Assembly (NCBI RefSeq): GCF_030028105.1
Contig: NC_092376.1
Coordinates: 44,564,935 to 44,628,934, forward strand
DNA from: Mobula birostris
Lineage: Eukaryota
Reading direction: 5' to 3'
DNA: 64,000 nt
How positions within the stretch are numbered: position 1 is the stretch's first letter; each line of letters opens with the position of its first letter. A program made the position numbers and the translations under genes. The notes below the pieces were generated by a model. It had not been told where the DNA came from. It saw nothing but the letters and a program-made list of their open reading frames with translations, and ran no database searches. This document shows, piece by piece, positions 26,606 to 38,070 of the stretch.

Positions 26606-27470
26606 GGAACAGCAACTATTGCTGTAAAGGACTGAAGTTTGAGTGCAGCTAGAGGAAAGGATCTTCAACAGAAACCTTTCCACCTTCAAAAAGAGAAAAA
26701 GAGACATTAAATGTAGAAATTACATCCGCAGATGAGCTCGAAGTAGCCACTCTGTAGCACCATCACGGTGCCTGCTCACTTGATGGAACAATAACAGAAT
26801 ATGCATGATATTGTGACTTTAGATGAGACTGCCTTGGTGTGTGAACAATATTATCTAAAGAGTACTCAACATCTAATATATTACTTGTGATTTTTCTCTT
26901 CACATATTCAATTTTTTTTTCATGTTTTACTGTAAGAATTCTCAACCCTCTTTTGTGCCATGGACCAATGCCATTAAGCCTGCGGTCTGTAGACCCTGGG
27001 CTGGGAAACCCTGTTCTACAGTTATGAATGGCAATTTATTGGGAACAACAGTTTCAATTCACTGAGAAGGAATCCACTTAAGTGATGGTGAAATGAGCAC
27101 CTCTATTGGTCTCTCAGCATTTGAGGATAAATGCTGGCTGCATTGTTTACTCTGTGTGATATTGCATTCAAGACAGCTTCTCATTGTTTTCATTATCCAA
27201 CTCCATACCAATGGGCTCTTTTTGAGCATCCTTTGCCATAGTTAAGATCACTGCTTGTGGAGTAATCATTCTTGCTGTTATTGCCAAGTTATTTGGATTT
27301 TCTCAGAAATGCAAAATTAGTTTGTTCTTTAAATTCTTTTCTAAGCAGCTAACAGCTTCCTCCTCAGTAAATGGTATATTCTGTGGTATTTGCCCCCAAC
27401 TCATTGTGCCAGAAGTAATAAAGCATAGGAGATGAATACTGCTAACGGATCCCTGTACATGAGGTGGAAT

Positions 27471-28148
27471 TTAGATAGTTAGATAGATATACTTTATCAA
27501 TCCTGAGGGAAATTTGGTTTCATTACAGCCGCACCAACCAAGAATAGAGAATAAATATAACAATACAAAAACCTCCAACAATCAAACAACAAAATGCAAA
27601 CTATGCCAGATGGAAAATAAGTCCAGGACTAGTCTATTGGCTCAGGGTGTCTGACTCTCCAAGGGAGGAGCTGCACGTTTGATGACCACAGGTAGGAACG
27701 ACCTCCCATGCCGCCAAGTGTTGTATCCCGGTGGAATGTGGCTGAAGTCCAACAGTAAACAGTTCAATATCCAGTCTGCAAACACATTCCTCGATCGTAA
27801 TATGCCCCGGTTTGCACCATCTGTTGTTAACCAGATCAGTAAGCACCCAACTCCTTTACGCTTACCGCTCTCAGTGCACTCCGGTATTACCCACCGAACT
27901 CCTCTTCTCCAAAAGTCTCTGTTGTCTCGACCCGGTCCTCTTTCCTCGGTTTTGTGATCCCCCTCTGCATCCTCTGTGTGTTTTCCTCCAGATTTCAGCA
28001 GGGGTGTCCGCCGCTCTGCTTGCTAAACCGGCCGGTATTTGCTGGTCCGTGGAATACACAATGTGACCTTGCTTCTGTCCCGCGTGGCGGGATGTAACTA
28101 TTTCCAGCGCTAAAGAAAACCCAAATAAAACTCTCTCTACCAGCATTT
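27471..28148 (-). mobile_element. Internally deleted Rex1/Babar-like LINE (5' region joined to 3' tail)
   Basis: Minus ORF ..HRGCRGG..QQRLLEKR precedes an endonuclease-like start; (tagat)n-type tail at 27472-27490. Confidence 0.6.
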
Positions 28149-28404
28149 GGACCTGTTTCTCAGCAATATACATTTCTGGTTCATTCACACTACCCTGAAT
28201 CATCTCTGTAGGCGTATTTATGCTGGTGCTGTAGAGTAAACAAAGCAGACGAATATTTTCATTGATCATTTTGCAGTTCTGCAGCATTCAGTTGTTGCAT
28301 ATTTTTAGTTTCGGTTAATTGAATAATCTCAATATTTCCATTTGCAATATCTTTTTCTTGCAGAACAGATTCAGCCTCTGTTTTTAATAACGTGTGTGTG
28401 AAGC

Positions 28405-29885
28405 ACATTAGGAACAGTTATTACCCCTCAGCCATCAGGCTGTTAAATCAAATGTATAATTTCATTTGCCCAATCACTGATCTTTTCCCACAACTTTGGA
28501 CTCACTTTCAAGGACTCTTCATCTCATGTTCTTGATATTTATTTATCTATATGCTACTAAAACTCTCATGCTCTGTTTGTCTGTTTGTGACCTCCAATTA
28601 GCGCAAATGGTACATTACAGTGGCATTATTTTTCGCTAAATCAACTTAAAATGCGCTAACTTACAGAATGCAGGCAAAGTTCAGTGTTATATCTTCATTA
28701 AAATTACTCACTCATCAAGATCAACAGCTATGAAAGCCGATGTCAGCCATGATGGAAACTGCGACGCACGGCCAGCCTCAGAAGCGACTCACGATGCTTG
28801 CAGCAGTGACACCAACTGGAGCAAAAGGGCAGAACAGCTCTATTTCGAGCAGTCACATTCTGCTTATCACCATCACCATGTGCAGGATTGGGACAGGTCA
28901 AACTGAGACCCATCAATAAGAGATAATTAAATCTTACTTTAGCGACGTACTTCGAGACAATCATAAAACCCTTTGCTGCAGTCAAAGGACAGCGGTGACT
29001 ATATCACGTCCATTTAGGAGAGCGCCAACCACATCATCAAGAATAATCAGCATCCTGGAGGCTTTGGTGTTACTGCGTTGTACCTTCTATCCAGCATTAG
29101 GGTAAAAAAAATGGTCAGCCTAATTATGCTGTGTGGAAAGAGAAGGGGGACATTATGGTCAAGATATGATGCCAAACATCATTGGGAAGCAGCAAGGAGA
29201 GGGAGAGAACAAGAATCGGATGAGGTCAGGGCCACACAACTCCAGGATCAAAGAGTCAAGACAAAAAAGATGAGAGAAGAAGAGACAGAGGAGGAGAGGC
29301 ATGCACGTCTCCAAAATGACAACAACTGGCATAGAAGGAGGAGAGAGGAAGAGACAAAGGAGCTGAGAAATGCACCTCTCCAGGATCAGAGACAAAGAAT
29401 AAACATCAGAAGAGATGAAGAGACGGTGGATGAAAGGACTGCACATCTCCAGAATGATGAAAGGCACACAGGTGCCATCAAAAGTGTCCTTCATTAAATG
29501 AGGAGGAGCTATAGTTGCCTTGCTACGCATCATCCTTCTTTAATAAATTGAGGTTTTCTTCTTCAATTTCCAAAGCAAAGTGATACCAATAGCATTCAGG
29601 AAAATCTAATGTTCATTCTGGTCACACCAGACTGCACTACCTTTCTCTCAAAGGGTGCCCCAACGGGTCACCCCATTGTCTAGTTATTATTATTTCTTTC
29701 TTTTTGTATTTGCATAGTTTATTATCTTTTGCACAATAGTTGAACTCCGAAATTGATGTGGTCTTTCATTGATTCTTTTATGGTTACCATTCTAGTATGG
29801 ATTTATTGAGTATGTATGCCTGAAAGAAAATGAATCTCGGGGTTTATATATGGTGACATATATTTACTTTGATAATAAATTTGCT
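28405..29885 (+). mobile_element. Rex1/Babar-like 3' tail split by the Helitron (28405-28545 and 29684-29885)
   Basis: ggaacagttattacccctcagccatcaggctgttaa...gatatttattta | ttattattatttc...gaaaatgaatctcgggg..tttgataataaattt, collinear with 2135-2490. Confidence 0.75.
28546..29683 (+). mobile_element. Non-autonomous Helitron (1138 bp)
   Basis: 5' A|TCtatatgctactaaaa; subterminal hairpin gggtgcccc-aac-gggtcaccc (29653-29673); 3' CTAG|T; no TSD; internal ORF 29078-29497 with ETEEERHARLQND-type repeats like RepHel N-termini. Confidence 0.85.
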
Positions 29886-31729
29886 TGAGATTCTTGATAT
29901 TCAGTTATGGTGTTTATTGACTCTGGGATAATCTATTATTTCTATGGCTTCATAGTTTTTCCCTTCTTCTTCAGTTGCTTTCGTTATTGATTTCACTTGA
30001 ACCTGAATTACTTGATTATGATACTGGAGAGTTTTCAACATCTAATGCCACTAGAGTAACATTCAATTTAAATGTTCTGTTTCCTACATAGTGCTGGATC
30101 AGCTGATAGTATTAGTTGACAAATTGCATTTTCTCTTTGCCAATCTTTATCAGTTCTTCCCTGATATTGTTTTGGCATTTCTCAACTTTTCAGCAAAAAT
30201 AGAAAAACTAATTGAACATTTTCTTTGGTCTGGAGTAATTCAATCTTGTTTTTTTTACTTTTTCTTGTGTCCATGGAGCAACTTCCTGAACAACTGGATG
30301 TGAGTGAAAATTGGTATTTTTCATCTGAGTGGTAGGTATCAGGAAGAAGAAATTGATTCTTTAACACAAACACCAAATAGCCCTCAGTATGGTGGTCACC
30401 AAAGTGGGTTTCTTTCCATGTGGTGCTATATCTCGATGTGCCCGATTTCCTTGTCCAATCATTTACTAGCATCAATACACTGTTCATCAGAACTTTTCTA
30501 TTCAACACTTATAGTTGTTGCTCATATTTCTTCCGAAGAAAATTGGTCAGGTGTGCTTGTTCCAACTAAAGTGTACTTATGAAGCAAATCTGCTTTTCAG
30601 GGTGTTTGTTTGGTGTCTAATAAGGCTAGACAGCCCATTCCCCAACTTTTAAGGCACCATATTTGGAATTATGACAGGAAATTGAAGTGGAGTTATTGTA
30701 GACTAATGTTTCAGATGTGAATCTGCCAAATTAATGAGCGATTGTTTTCTTACAACTTTCACAACCCAGATGATCAGGAAAATATTTATTGAAGGAACCT
30801 TCAGTTACTACTTTGTTTTCTTTCAGAGCTCCTTCAGCTTTTTTAGGCTTTTTGTTGACATAGGCTTGGATTTGCATGATGTTGATTTCTGTTTGTTTGC
30901 ACCATAGAATCAATACACAAAAATAGTTCTGTACCACTTTTCAATACAATATTTATAAATGAATGCCATGATCAATTCTTTGCCTAAGCACACATTTTAA
31001 AAGTGGAAATGTACAAATTAGCATGCTGTTACTGTTTCACTTTTGTAACATTTTCAGATCTTCATTCTGGAAAAGAAATCATGGTAGTCTTGTGATGGGT
31101 GAACTGAACAGTGCCTACTCTGTGTCACTGAAATGATACTCATGCTGCACTTCATCTGAATTGGCAAGCTGCCCAGACATTCCAGTGTTGGCGGATAGAT
31201 GGATATTTGGGTCGTGATATCATGTAGCTCTAACATACGTAAGTAAGTTTCGCTTATAATACTGGTGTCTCTTTTCACTGACCCTAATTCTAAAATTACA
31301 TTTTTCTTTGTTTCCATGAAGTTGATTTCTGAAAAGGCTACCCAGTTGCTGTGATATGAAACTGGACAGGTTAGTGCAACATGACAGGCAAGTGCTCAGC
31401 CATCAGCTCTTCAATGTGAAAACTGAGTACTTGAATGCCTACAGCATATTTACAACGGTAGGCTGCACACACTGACAGAGAAAAAATACTCCTGAAAAGA
31501 TACATTTATTCCAATCTGCCAGGACATGCTGAAAATGAGCAGCATCAAATGCATGTATAGATTGATAACTACTGCTCAAATTTACCTCTGAGCTCTGCTG
31601 AGCAAATACAGCTACAGCCTGTACACAGCTACACAGCTTCAATAATCCTTGATATTACACTGCTTTTCAGTGAGATTCCATGCAGTGTGAAGGTGTTTCC
31701 TACTTTTCTTTGCCACAAAGGACATTTCC

Positions 31730-33645
31730 TCAAATATAGCAGGCTCTTGCAAGAAACATAAGGTTGTGATAGTAGGAGATTTTAACTTTCCACATATTGA
31801 CTGGGACTCCCATATTGTAAAAGGACGAGATGGGATAGAGTTTGTCAAATCTGTTCAGGAAAGTTTCCTTAATCAGTACATGGAAGTCCCAATGAGAAAG
31901 TGTGTGATACTTGATCTGCTTTAGGGAATGACAGGACTGGTGATAAAAGTTTGTGTAGGGGATCACTTTACAACTAGTGATCACAATGCCATTAGTTTCA
32001 AAGTAAATATGCAAAAAAACAGGTCTGGTTTTTGGATTGAAATTCTAAATTGAAGAAAGACCAATTTTGATGGTATCAGAAGTATCTGGCAAGTGCCGAT
32101 TCGGATAGTCCTTCCAGATGAGGCAAAAGTTCGGCTGTGAGTCTGTTGGGGTCGCATATTGTGTCCAGCGCTCCCGGTGTGGCTTCCTGTGTATCGGTGA
32201 GACCTGACGTAGATTGGAAGATTGCTTCGTCAAGCACCTATGCTTCATCCTCAAGAAAAAGCGGGACCTCCCAGTGGCCACTCATTTTAATTCCACTTCC
32301 CATTTCCATTCTGATACGTCTATCCATGGCCTCCTCCACTGTCGTGATGAGGACACACTTAGGTTGGAGAAACAACACCTTACATTCACGTTTGGTAGCC
32401 TCCAACCCGATGACACAAACATCAATTTCTCAAACTTCCGGTAATGCACCCCACCTCTCCCCCACCCCCCACTTCACCATTTCCCATCCCCTTTTCCCTC
32501 TCTCACCTTATCTCCTTGCCCGCCCATCGCCTCCCTCTAGTGCTCCTCCTCCCTCTTCCTACTTCTGTGTCCTTCTCTCTCTTTCACCAATCAACATTGT
32601 AGCTCCTTACTTCATCCCTCTGCCTTCAGATTTCACCTATCACCTTGCGTTCCTCTCTCCCCTCCCCCACCTTTTAAATCTACTCCTCAGCTTCTTTTTT
32701 CTCCAGTCCTGCTGAAGGGTTTTGGCCCAAAACGCCAACTGTACTTTTTTTTTTTATATAGATTCTGCCTGCCCTGCTGAGTTCCTCCGGCATTTTGTGT
32801 ATGTTGTTTGGATTTCCAGCATCTGCAGATTTGCGAATTGGGACAGGTTGTTTTCTGGAAAGGTGTATTTGGCAGGTGAAATTTTTGAGAGCACAAAGCT
32901 TGTATGTGCCTTTCAGAATAAAAGGTAAAGATAACAAGGAACCTTAGTTTCTGAGAGATATTGAGGCCCTGGTTAAGAAAATGGGGATGCATTGCAGGTA
33001 TAGGCAAGTAGGAACAAGTGAGCTGCTTATGGAGTGTAAGAAATACAGGAAAACACCTAAGAAAGAAATCAGGAGGGCTGAAAGAAGGCATGTGGTTGCC
33101 TTACCAGACAAGGTTATAAAAAATCCTGAGGTCCTCGACAGCAATATTAAGAGTAAAAGGACTGCAAGGGACAAAATTGGTCCTCTGGAAGATCAGAGTG
33201 GTAATCAATGTGTGGAGCCAAAAGGTGGGGGAGATCTTAAATGAAATTTTTGCATATGTATTTACTCAGGAGATACATACACACACAGTCTATAGGAGTG
33301 AGGCAAAACGGCATCAACTTCATGGACTCTATACAAATTACAGAGGACGAGCTGTTTGCTGTCTGGAGTCTAATTATGGCAGATAAAACACCTGAGACTG
33401 ACAAGGTGTTCCCTCAGACCCTGTGGAGGAGTGCAGAAATTGCTGGGACTCTGGCAGAGATATTTAAAACATCCTTAGTGACAGGAGTTTTACCAGAGGA
33501 TTAGAAGATAGTCAATATTGTTCCACTGTTTAAGAAAAGCTCTAAAATTAAACCAGGAAATTATAGCTGCTGATCCTTACATCAGTCATGGGAAAGTTAT
33601 TGGAAGGTATTCCAAATGACCGGATATGTGAGTATTTGGACAGAC
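31730..33645 (+). mobile_element. CR1 ORF2 fragment interrupted by a Penelope-like element
   Basis: gtaggagattttaactttccacatattgactgg (VGDFNFPHIDW); ORFs 32981-33504 (KIGPLEDQSG, TGVLPED). Confidence 0.85.
32103..32833 (+). mobile_element. Penelope-like element 3' part (GIY-YIG endonuclease plus terminal repeat)
   Basis: CESVGV..YCVQRSRCGFLCIGET*RRLEDCFVKHL..LPVATHFN..RLEKQHL; pyrimidine-rich tail; terminal repeat with decayed hammerhead cagtcctgctgaagggttttggcccaaaacg. Confidence 0.85.
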
Positions 33646-35855
33646 GTAAGACATAGGAGCAGAATTAGGCCATTCAGCCCATCAAGTCTTCAGCAACCCC
33701 TCTCAGAACACCGAGATGTAGTCCATCTGGTCCAGATGACTTATCCACCTTAAGACTTTTCAGTTTGCCTAGCACTTTTTCCTTTGTAATAGCAATGGCA
33801 CTCACTCCTGTAGCCTGACACTCACAGACCTCTGACACACTACTAGCGTCTTCCACAGTGAAGACTGATGCAAAGTACCCACTAAGTTCATCTGCCATTT
33901 CTTTGTCCACTATTACTACCTCACCAGCATAATTTTCCAGTGGTCCAATATCAACTCTCAACTTCCTTTTAGTCCTTACATCACTGAAAAAACTTTTAGT
34001 ATCCTGTTTTATATTATCGGCTAGTTTGTTCTCACATTTCATCTTTTCCTTTCTTGTAGCTTTTTTAGTTGTCTCTTGCTGGATTTTAAAAGCTTCCCAA
34101 TCATCCAACTTCCCACTCACTTTTGCTACCTTATATACCCTTTCCCTAGCTTTTATGCAGTCCTTAACTTTCCATGTCAGCCATGGTTGCCTACACTTGC
34201 CACTTGAGAACTTATTTTTCTGCTGGGCATGTCTATCCTGTGCCTTGTGAACTATTCCCAGAAAATTCAGCCATCTCTGCTCTGTCATTATGCCCACCAG
34301 TGTCCCCCTCCAACCCACCTGGACAAGTTCCTCTCTCATGCCTCTGTAATTCCCCTTATCCCATTGCGATACCGATAGATGTGACTTATGCTTCTCCCTT
34401 TCAAATTACAGTATGAATTCAATCATATTTTGATCATTGCCTCCTAAAGGTTCCTTTACGTTAAGCTCCCTAATAAGATCTGGGTTATTACACAACACCC
34501 AATCTAATATTGCCTTTCCCCGAGTAGGCTCAAACACATGCTTCGCTAAAGAGCCATCTCATAGACATTCAACAAATACCCTCTCTTGCAACCAAACACC
34601 AATCTGATTTTCCCAATCCCTTGTGTATTGAAATCCCCCATTATGGTTGTGTCATTACCCTTATTACATGCCTTTTCCAGCTCCCTTTGCAATCTCAACC
34701 CCACATCTTGGCTACTATTTGGAGACCTATATGTGATTTCCACGATGGGTTTTTTTTTACTCTTGCAAATTCTTAACGCCACCCACAAATATTCAAGATT
34801 CTCTGACACTATGTCACCTCTTTCTAGATGTAATTCCATCGCTTATGCTATGCACATTTAAATTCAGCATCTTCCGTCCTGCATTCTTCACCCTTTTGAA
34901 TTTTGCCTCTATGGTACATTTTAACCCTTTGCTCCCTCTGCACTTGTATCCAGTCATTAATTTGTCCTTCCTTACATTCATGTTATACCCATTATCTACT
35001 TGTTGACCTGCTGGCTCATCCTCAGCTTTATCGTCTTGGTTCCCATACCCCTATCATATTAGTTTAAACTACTCCCAACAGTTCTAGTAAATCTGCCTGC
35101 AAGAATATTGGCCCCCTTCGGATTCAAGTGTAACCCGTCCCTTTTGTACAGGTCCCACCTGCCCCAGAAGAGATTCCAATTATCCAGAAATCTGGATCCC
35201 TGGCCCCCGCTCCAATTCTTCAGCCACACATTTATTCTCCACCTCATTCTATTCCTATCCTCGCTGTCATGTGGCATGGGCAGCAATCCCGAGATTACCA
35301 CCCTTGAGGTCCTGCTTCTCAGATTTCTTCTTAACTCCCTATATTCCTTTTCAGGACCTCCTCCCTTTTTCTTCCTATGTAGTTGGTACAAATATGTACC
35401 AGAACTTCTGGCTGCTCATCCTCCCTTTTCAGGATATTGTGGACATGCCCAGAAACAATTCAGACCCTGGCTCCTGGGAGGCAAGCACAGAGTCGCCTAT
35501 CTTACCCCCTGACTATAGAGTCCCCTATTACTGCTGCCATCAGTTCTTTACCCTTCCGAGCTACAGGGCCAGACCCAGTGCCAGAGGCATGGCCGCTTTT
35601 GTTTCCCCCAGGTAGGTTTCCTCCTGCCAACAGTACTCAAAATGGAGTACTTATTGTTGAGGGGGATGGCCACAGGTGTGCTCTCCACTATCTGACGTCC
35701 CCCCTTCCCTCTCCTGATAGTCACACATTTATCTGTCACCTGTAACTTTGGGATGACTACCTCCCTGTAGCTCCTGTCTATCACTGGTTCACTTTCCCTC
35801 AGAAGCCAAAGGTCATCAAGCAGCAGCTCCAGTTCCCTGACATGGTCTCTAAGGA
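33646..35855 (-). mobile_element. CR1 LINE 5' half (ORF1 esterase plus ORF2 endonuclease) with a short 3' tail at 33646
   Basis: ORF 35059-35391 SRVVISGLLP..DGLHLNPKG (SGNH esterase); ORF 34546-34839 YRSPN..MGDFN; ORF 33674-34339 KSSGPDGLH. Confidence 0.9.
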
Positions 35856-36180
35856 CCGTGGACTGATTGAGGATAGTCCACATGGCTTTGTGTGTGGTAG
35901 GTCATGTCTAACCAATCTTATATACGGTAAACCTTTTTGAGGAAGTTACCAGGAAAGTTGATGAATGGGCAATGCAATGGATGTTGTCTGCATGGACTTC
36001 AGCAGGGCATTTGACAAGGTCCCACAAGGGAGGTTAGTCAAGAATGTTCAGTTGCTCAGCATTCACGATTAGTTAGTAAATTTTATTAGATATTGGATTT
36101 GTGGGAGAAGCCAGGAGGCCTGTGACTAGTGGAGTGCCACAGAGATCGGTGCTGGGTCCATTGTTGATTGTCATCTATGT
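35856..36180 (+). mobile_element. CR1 RT fragment
   Basis: gatagtccacatggctttgtg..ggtaggtcatgtctaacc..atggacttcagcagggcatttgacaaggtcc..actagtggagtgccacagagatcggtgctgggtcc. Confidence 0.85.
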
Positions 36181-37192
36181 CTCTATACATCTCTATCATC
36201 TGAGTGGACAGAGTCAGAGTGGTGATATTGAGCTTTAGCTTTACATGGACCAGCAAGAGAGGCTTCAGTCAGAGAAAACAAATATAAAAGCTCTAGGTTA
36301 AGTTTTTTTTATCCTTTTCTTCTTTATCCCTACTCAGCTAGGACAGTAGAGATGTCAGGCAGGATAGATGAATTGATCTCTTGTGGGATGTGGGAAGGCA
36401 GGGAGACCTCCAGTGTCCCTGATGACTGCAACTGTGAGAAGTACATCCAGCTGCAGCTCCTAACACTCCATGTTGAGGAGTTAGAGCTGGAACTGGATGA
36501 ACTCTGGATCATTCGGGAGGCTGAAGGGGTGATAGATAGGACATATAGAGAGGTAGTTACACCCGAGGTGCAGGAAGCAGGAAACTGGGTGACAGGCAGG
36601 AAGGGCAAAGGGGTTAAGGAGCCAGTGCAGAGTACCCCTGTGGCCATCTCCCTCAACAACAGATATATCACCTTGGATACTGTTGGGGGTGGGGTGGGGT
36701 TCATCTATCAGAGGAATGTGGCAGTGGTTGGGTCTCTGGAACTGAGTCTGGCTCCTTGACTCAGAAGGGAAGGTGGGACAAGGGGCATGCTGTGATGATA
36801 GGGTATCCGCTAGTTAGGGGAATGGACAGGAGGTTCCGTGGTCAAGAATGAGATTCCCGGATGGTACGTTGCCTCCTGGGTGCCAGGGTCCGGGACATCT
36901 CAGATTGAATCCTCAGCATTCTTAAGTGGGAGGTTGTGGTCCATGTAGGTAACATGTGTAGGACTAGTGATGAGGTTCTGCATCAGGAGTTCAGGGAGTT
37001 AGGTGCTAAGTTAAAGGTCAGAACATCCAGGATAGTGATCTCAGGACTGCCACCCATGCCATGTGCTAGTGAGGCTAGAACTAAGAAGATTATACAGTTT
37101 GATATGTACCTAAGGAGTTTGTGTAGGAGGGAGAGCATAAGGTTTTTGGATCATTGGGCTCCCTTCAGGGAAAGTGGGACCTGTACAGAAGG

Positions 37193-37600
37193 CCCAATGC
37201 CCTGCTAATGCCCCGCCTCCCCCTCGTACCCCATCCGTTATTTATATACACACATTCTTTCTCTCACTCTCCTTTTTCTCCCTCTGTCCCTCTGACTATA
37301 CCCCTTGCCCATCCTCTGGGATTTCGCCCCACTCCCCTTTTCCTTCTCCCTGGGCCTCCTGTCCCATGATCCTCTCGTATCCCTTTTGCCAATCACCTGT
37401 CCAGCTCTTGGCTCCATCCCTCTCCCTCCTGTCTTCTCCTATCATTTTGGATCTCCCCCCCCCCCCCACTTTCAAATCTCTTACTAGCTCTTCCTTCAGT
37501 TAGTCCTGATGAAGGGTCTCGGCCTGAAACGTTGACTGTACCTCTTCCTAGAGATGCTGCCTGACCTGCTGCGTTCACCAGCAACTTTGATGTGTGTTGC
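37193..37600 (+). mobile_element. Penelope-like element 3' tail with terminal repeat
   Basis: Pyrimidine-rich tail closely similar to 44535-44935, ending in the hammerhead-bearing repeat. Confidence 0.8.
37501..37538 (+). ncRNA. Minimal type I hammerhead ribozyme motif (intact core)
   Basis: Stem I AGUC (37502-37505) pairs with GACU (37534-37537); core CUGAUGA (37506-37512); stem II AGG-gucucgg-CCU; GAAA (37526-37529); minimal palindromic stem III ACGU; NUH site GUU, cleavage after 37533. Confidence 0.75.
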
Positions 37601-37845
37601 CTGTACAGAAGGGACAGTTTACACATGAACTAGAGGGGTTCTATTCTCCTGGCAGGAAGGTTTGTTAATGCTGCACGGTGGGGTTTAAATTGATGTTGCA
37701 GGAGGATGGGAACCAGAATGCCAGTGGAGAGGTTGTGGAGGCAAATGTTGGTAAGACCTCAGACAAAGTCAGGAATCAAAAAGTTGAACATGGTGTGACT
37801 AGTGTGCTGAGCTGTGTATATTTCAATGCAAGAGGTATCACAGGA

Positions 37846-38070
37846 AACAAGAGAAAATCTGCAGATGCTGGAAATCAGAGCAACACACACAAAATGCTGG
37901 AGGAGCTCAGCAGGCCAGGCAACATCTCTGGGAAAATAAGTACAGTCGACATTTCGAGCCGAAACCCTTCCACCAGTCTGGAGAAAAAGGGCTGAGGAGT
38001 AGATTTGAAAGGTGGGGGAGGGGAGAGAGAACCGCCAGGTGATAGTTGAAACTTGGAGGGGGAGGGATGA
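37846..38070 (-). repeat. Penelope-associated repeat and tail
   Basis: aaatctgcagatgctggaaatc..acacacaaaatgctggaggagctcagcaggccaggc..cagtcgacatttcgagccgaaacccttc. Confidence 0.8.

Larger units (their letters stand above)
36200..37840 (+). mobile_element. CR1 LINE 5' end (5'UTR plus ORF1 zinc finger/esterase) interrupted by a Penelope-like fragment
   Basis: ORF 36352 (SCGMWE..CNCEKYIQLQLL..ELELELDELW), ORF 36936 (SRIVISGLPP) and ORF2 start CVYFNARGI. Confidence 0.85.

Noticed and set aside
29078-29497. 139-aa charged-repeat ORF as a host trichohyalin-like gene
   Set aside because: It lies within Helitron termini and matches RepHel N-terminal repeats.
23385-31729. Minus-strand islands as a sacsin duplicate or an endogenous viral element
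   Set aside because: No sacsin motifs ([18 protein letters not shown]) and no viral polymerase or capsid motifs were seen. This is not formally excluded without a search.
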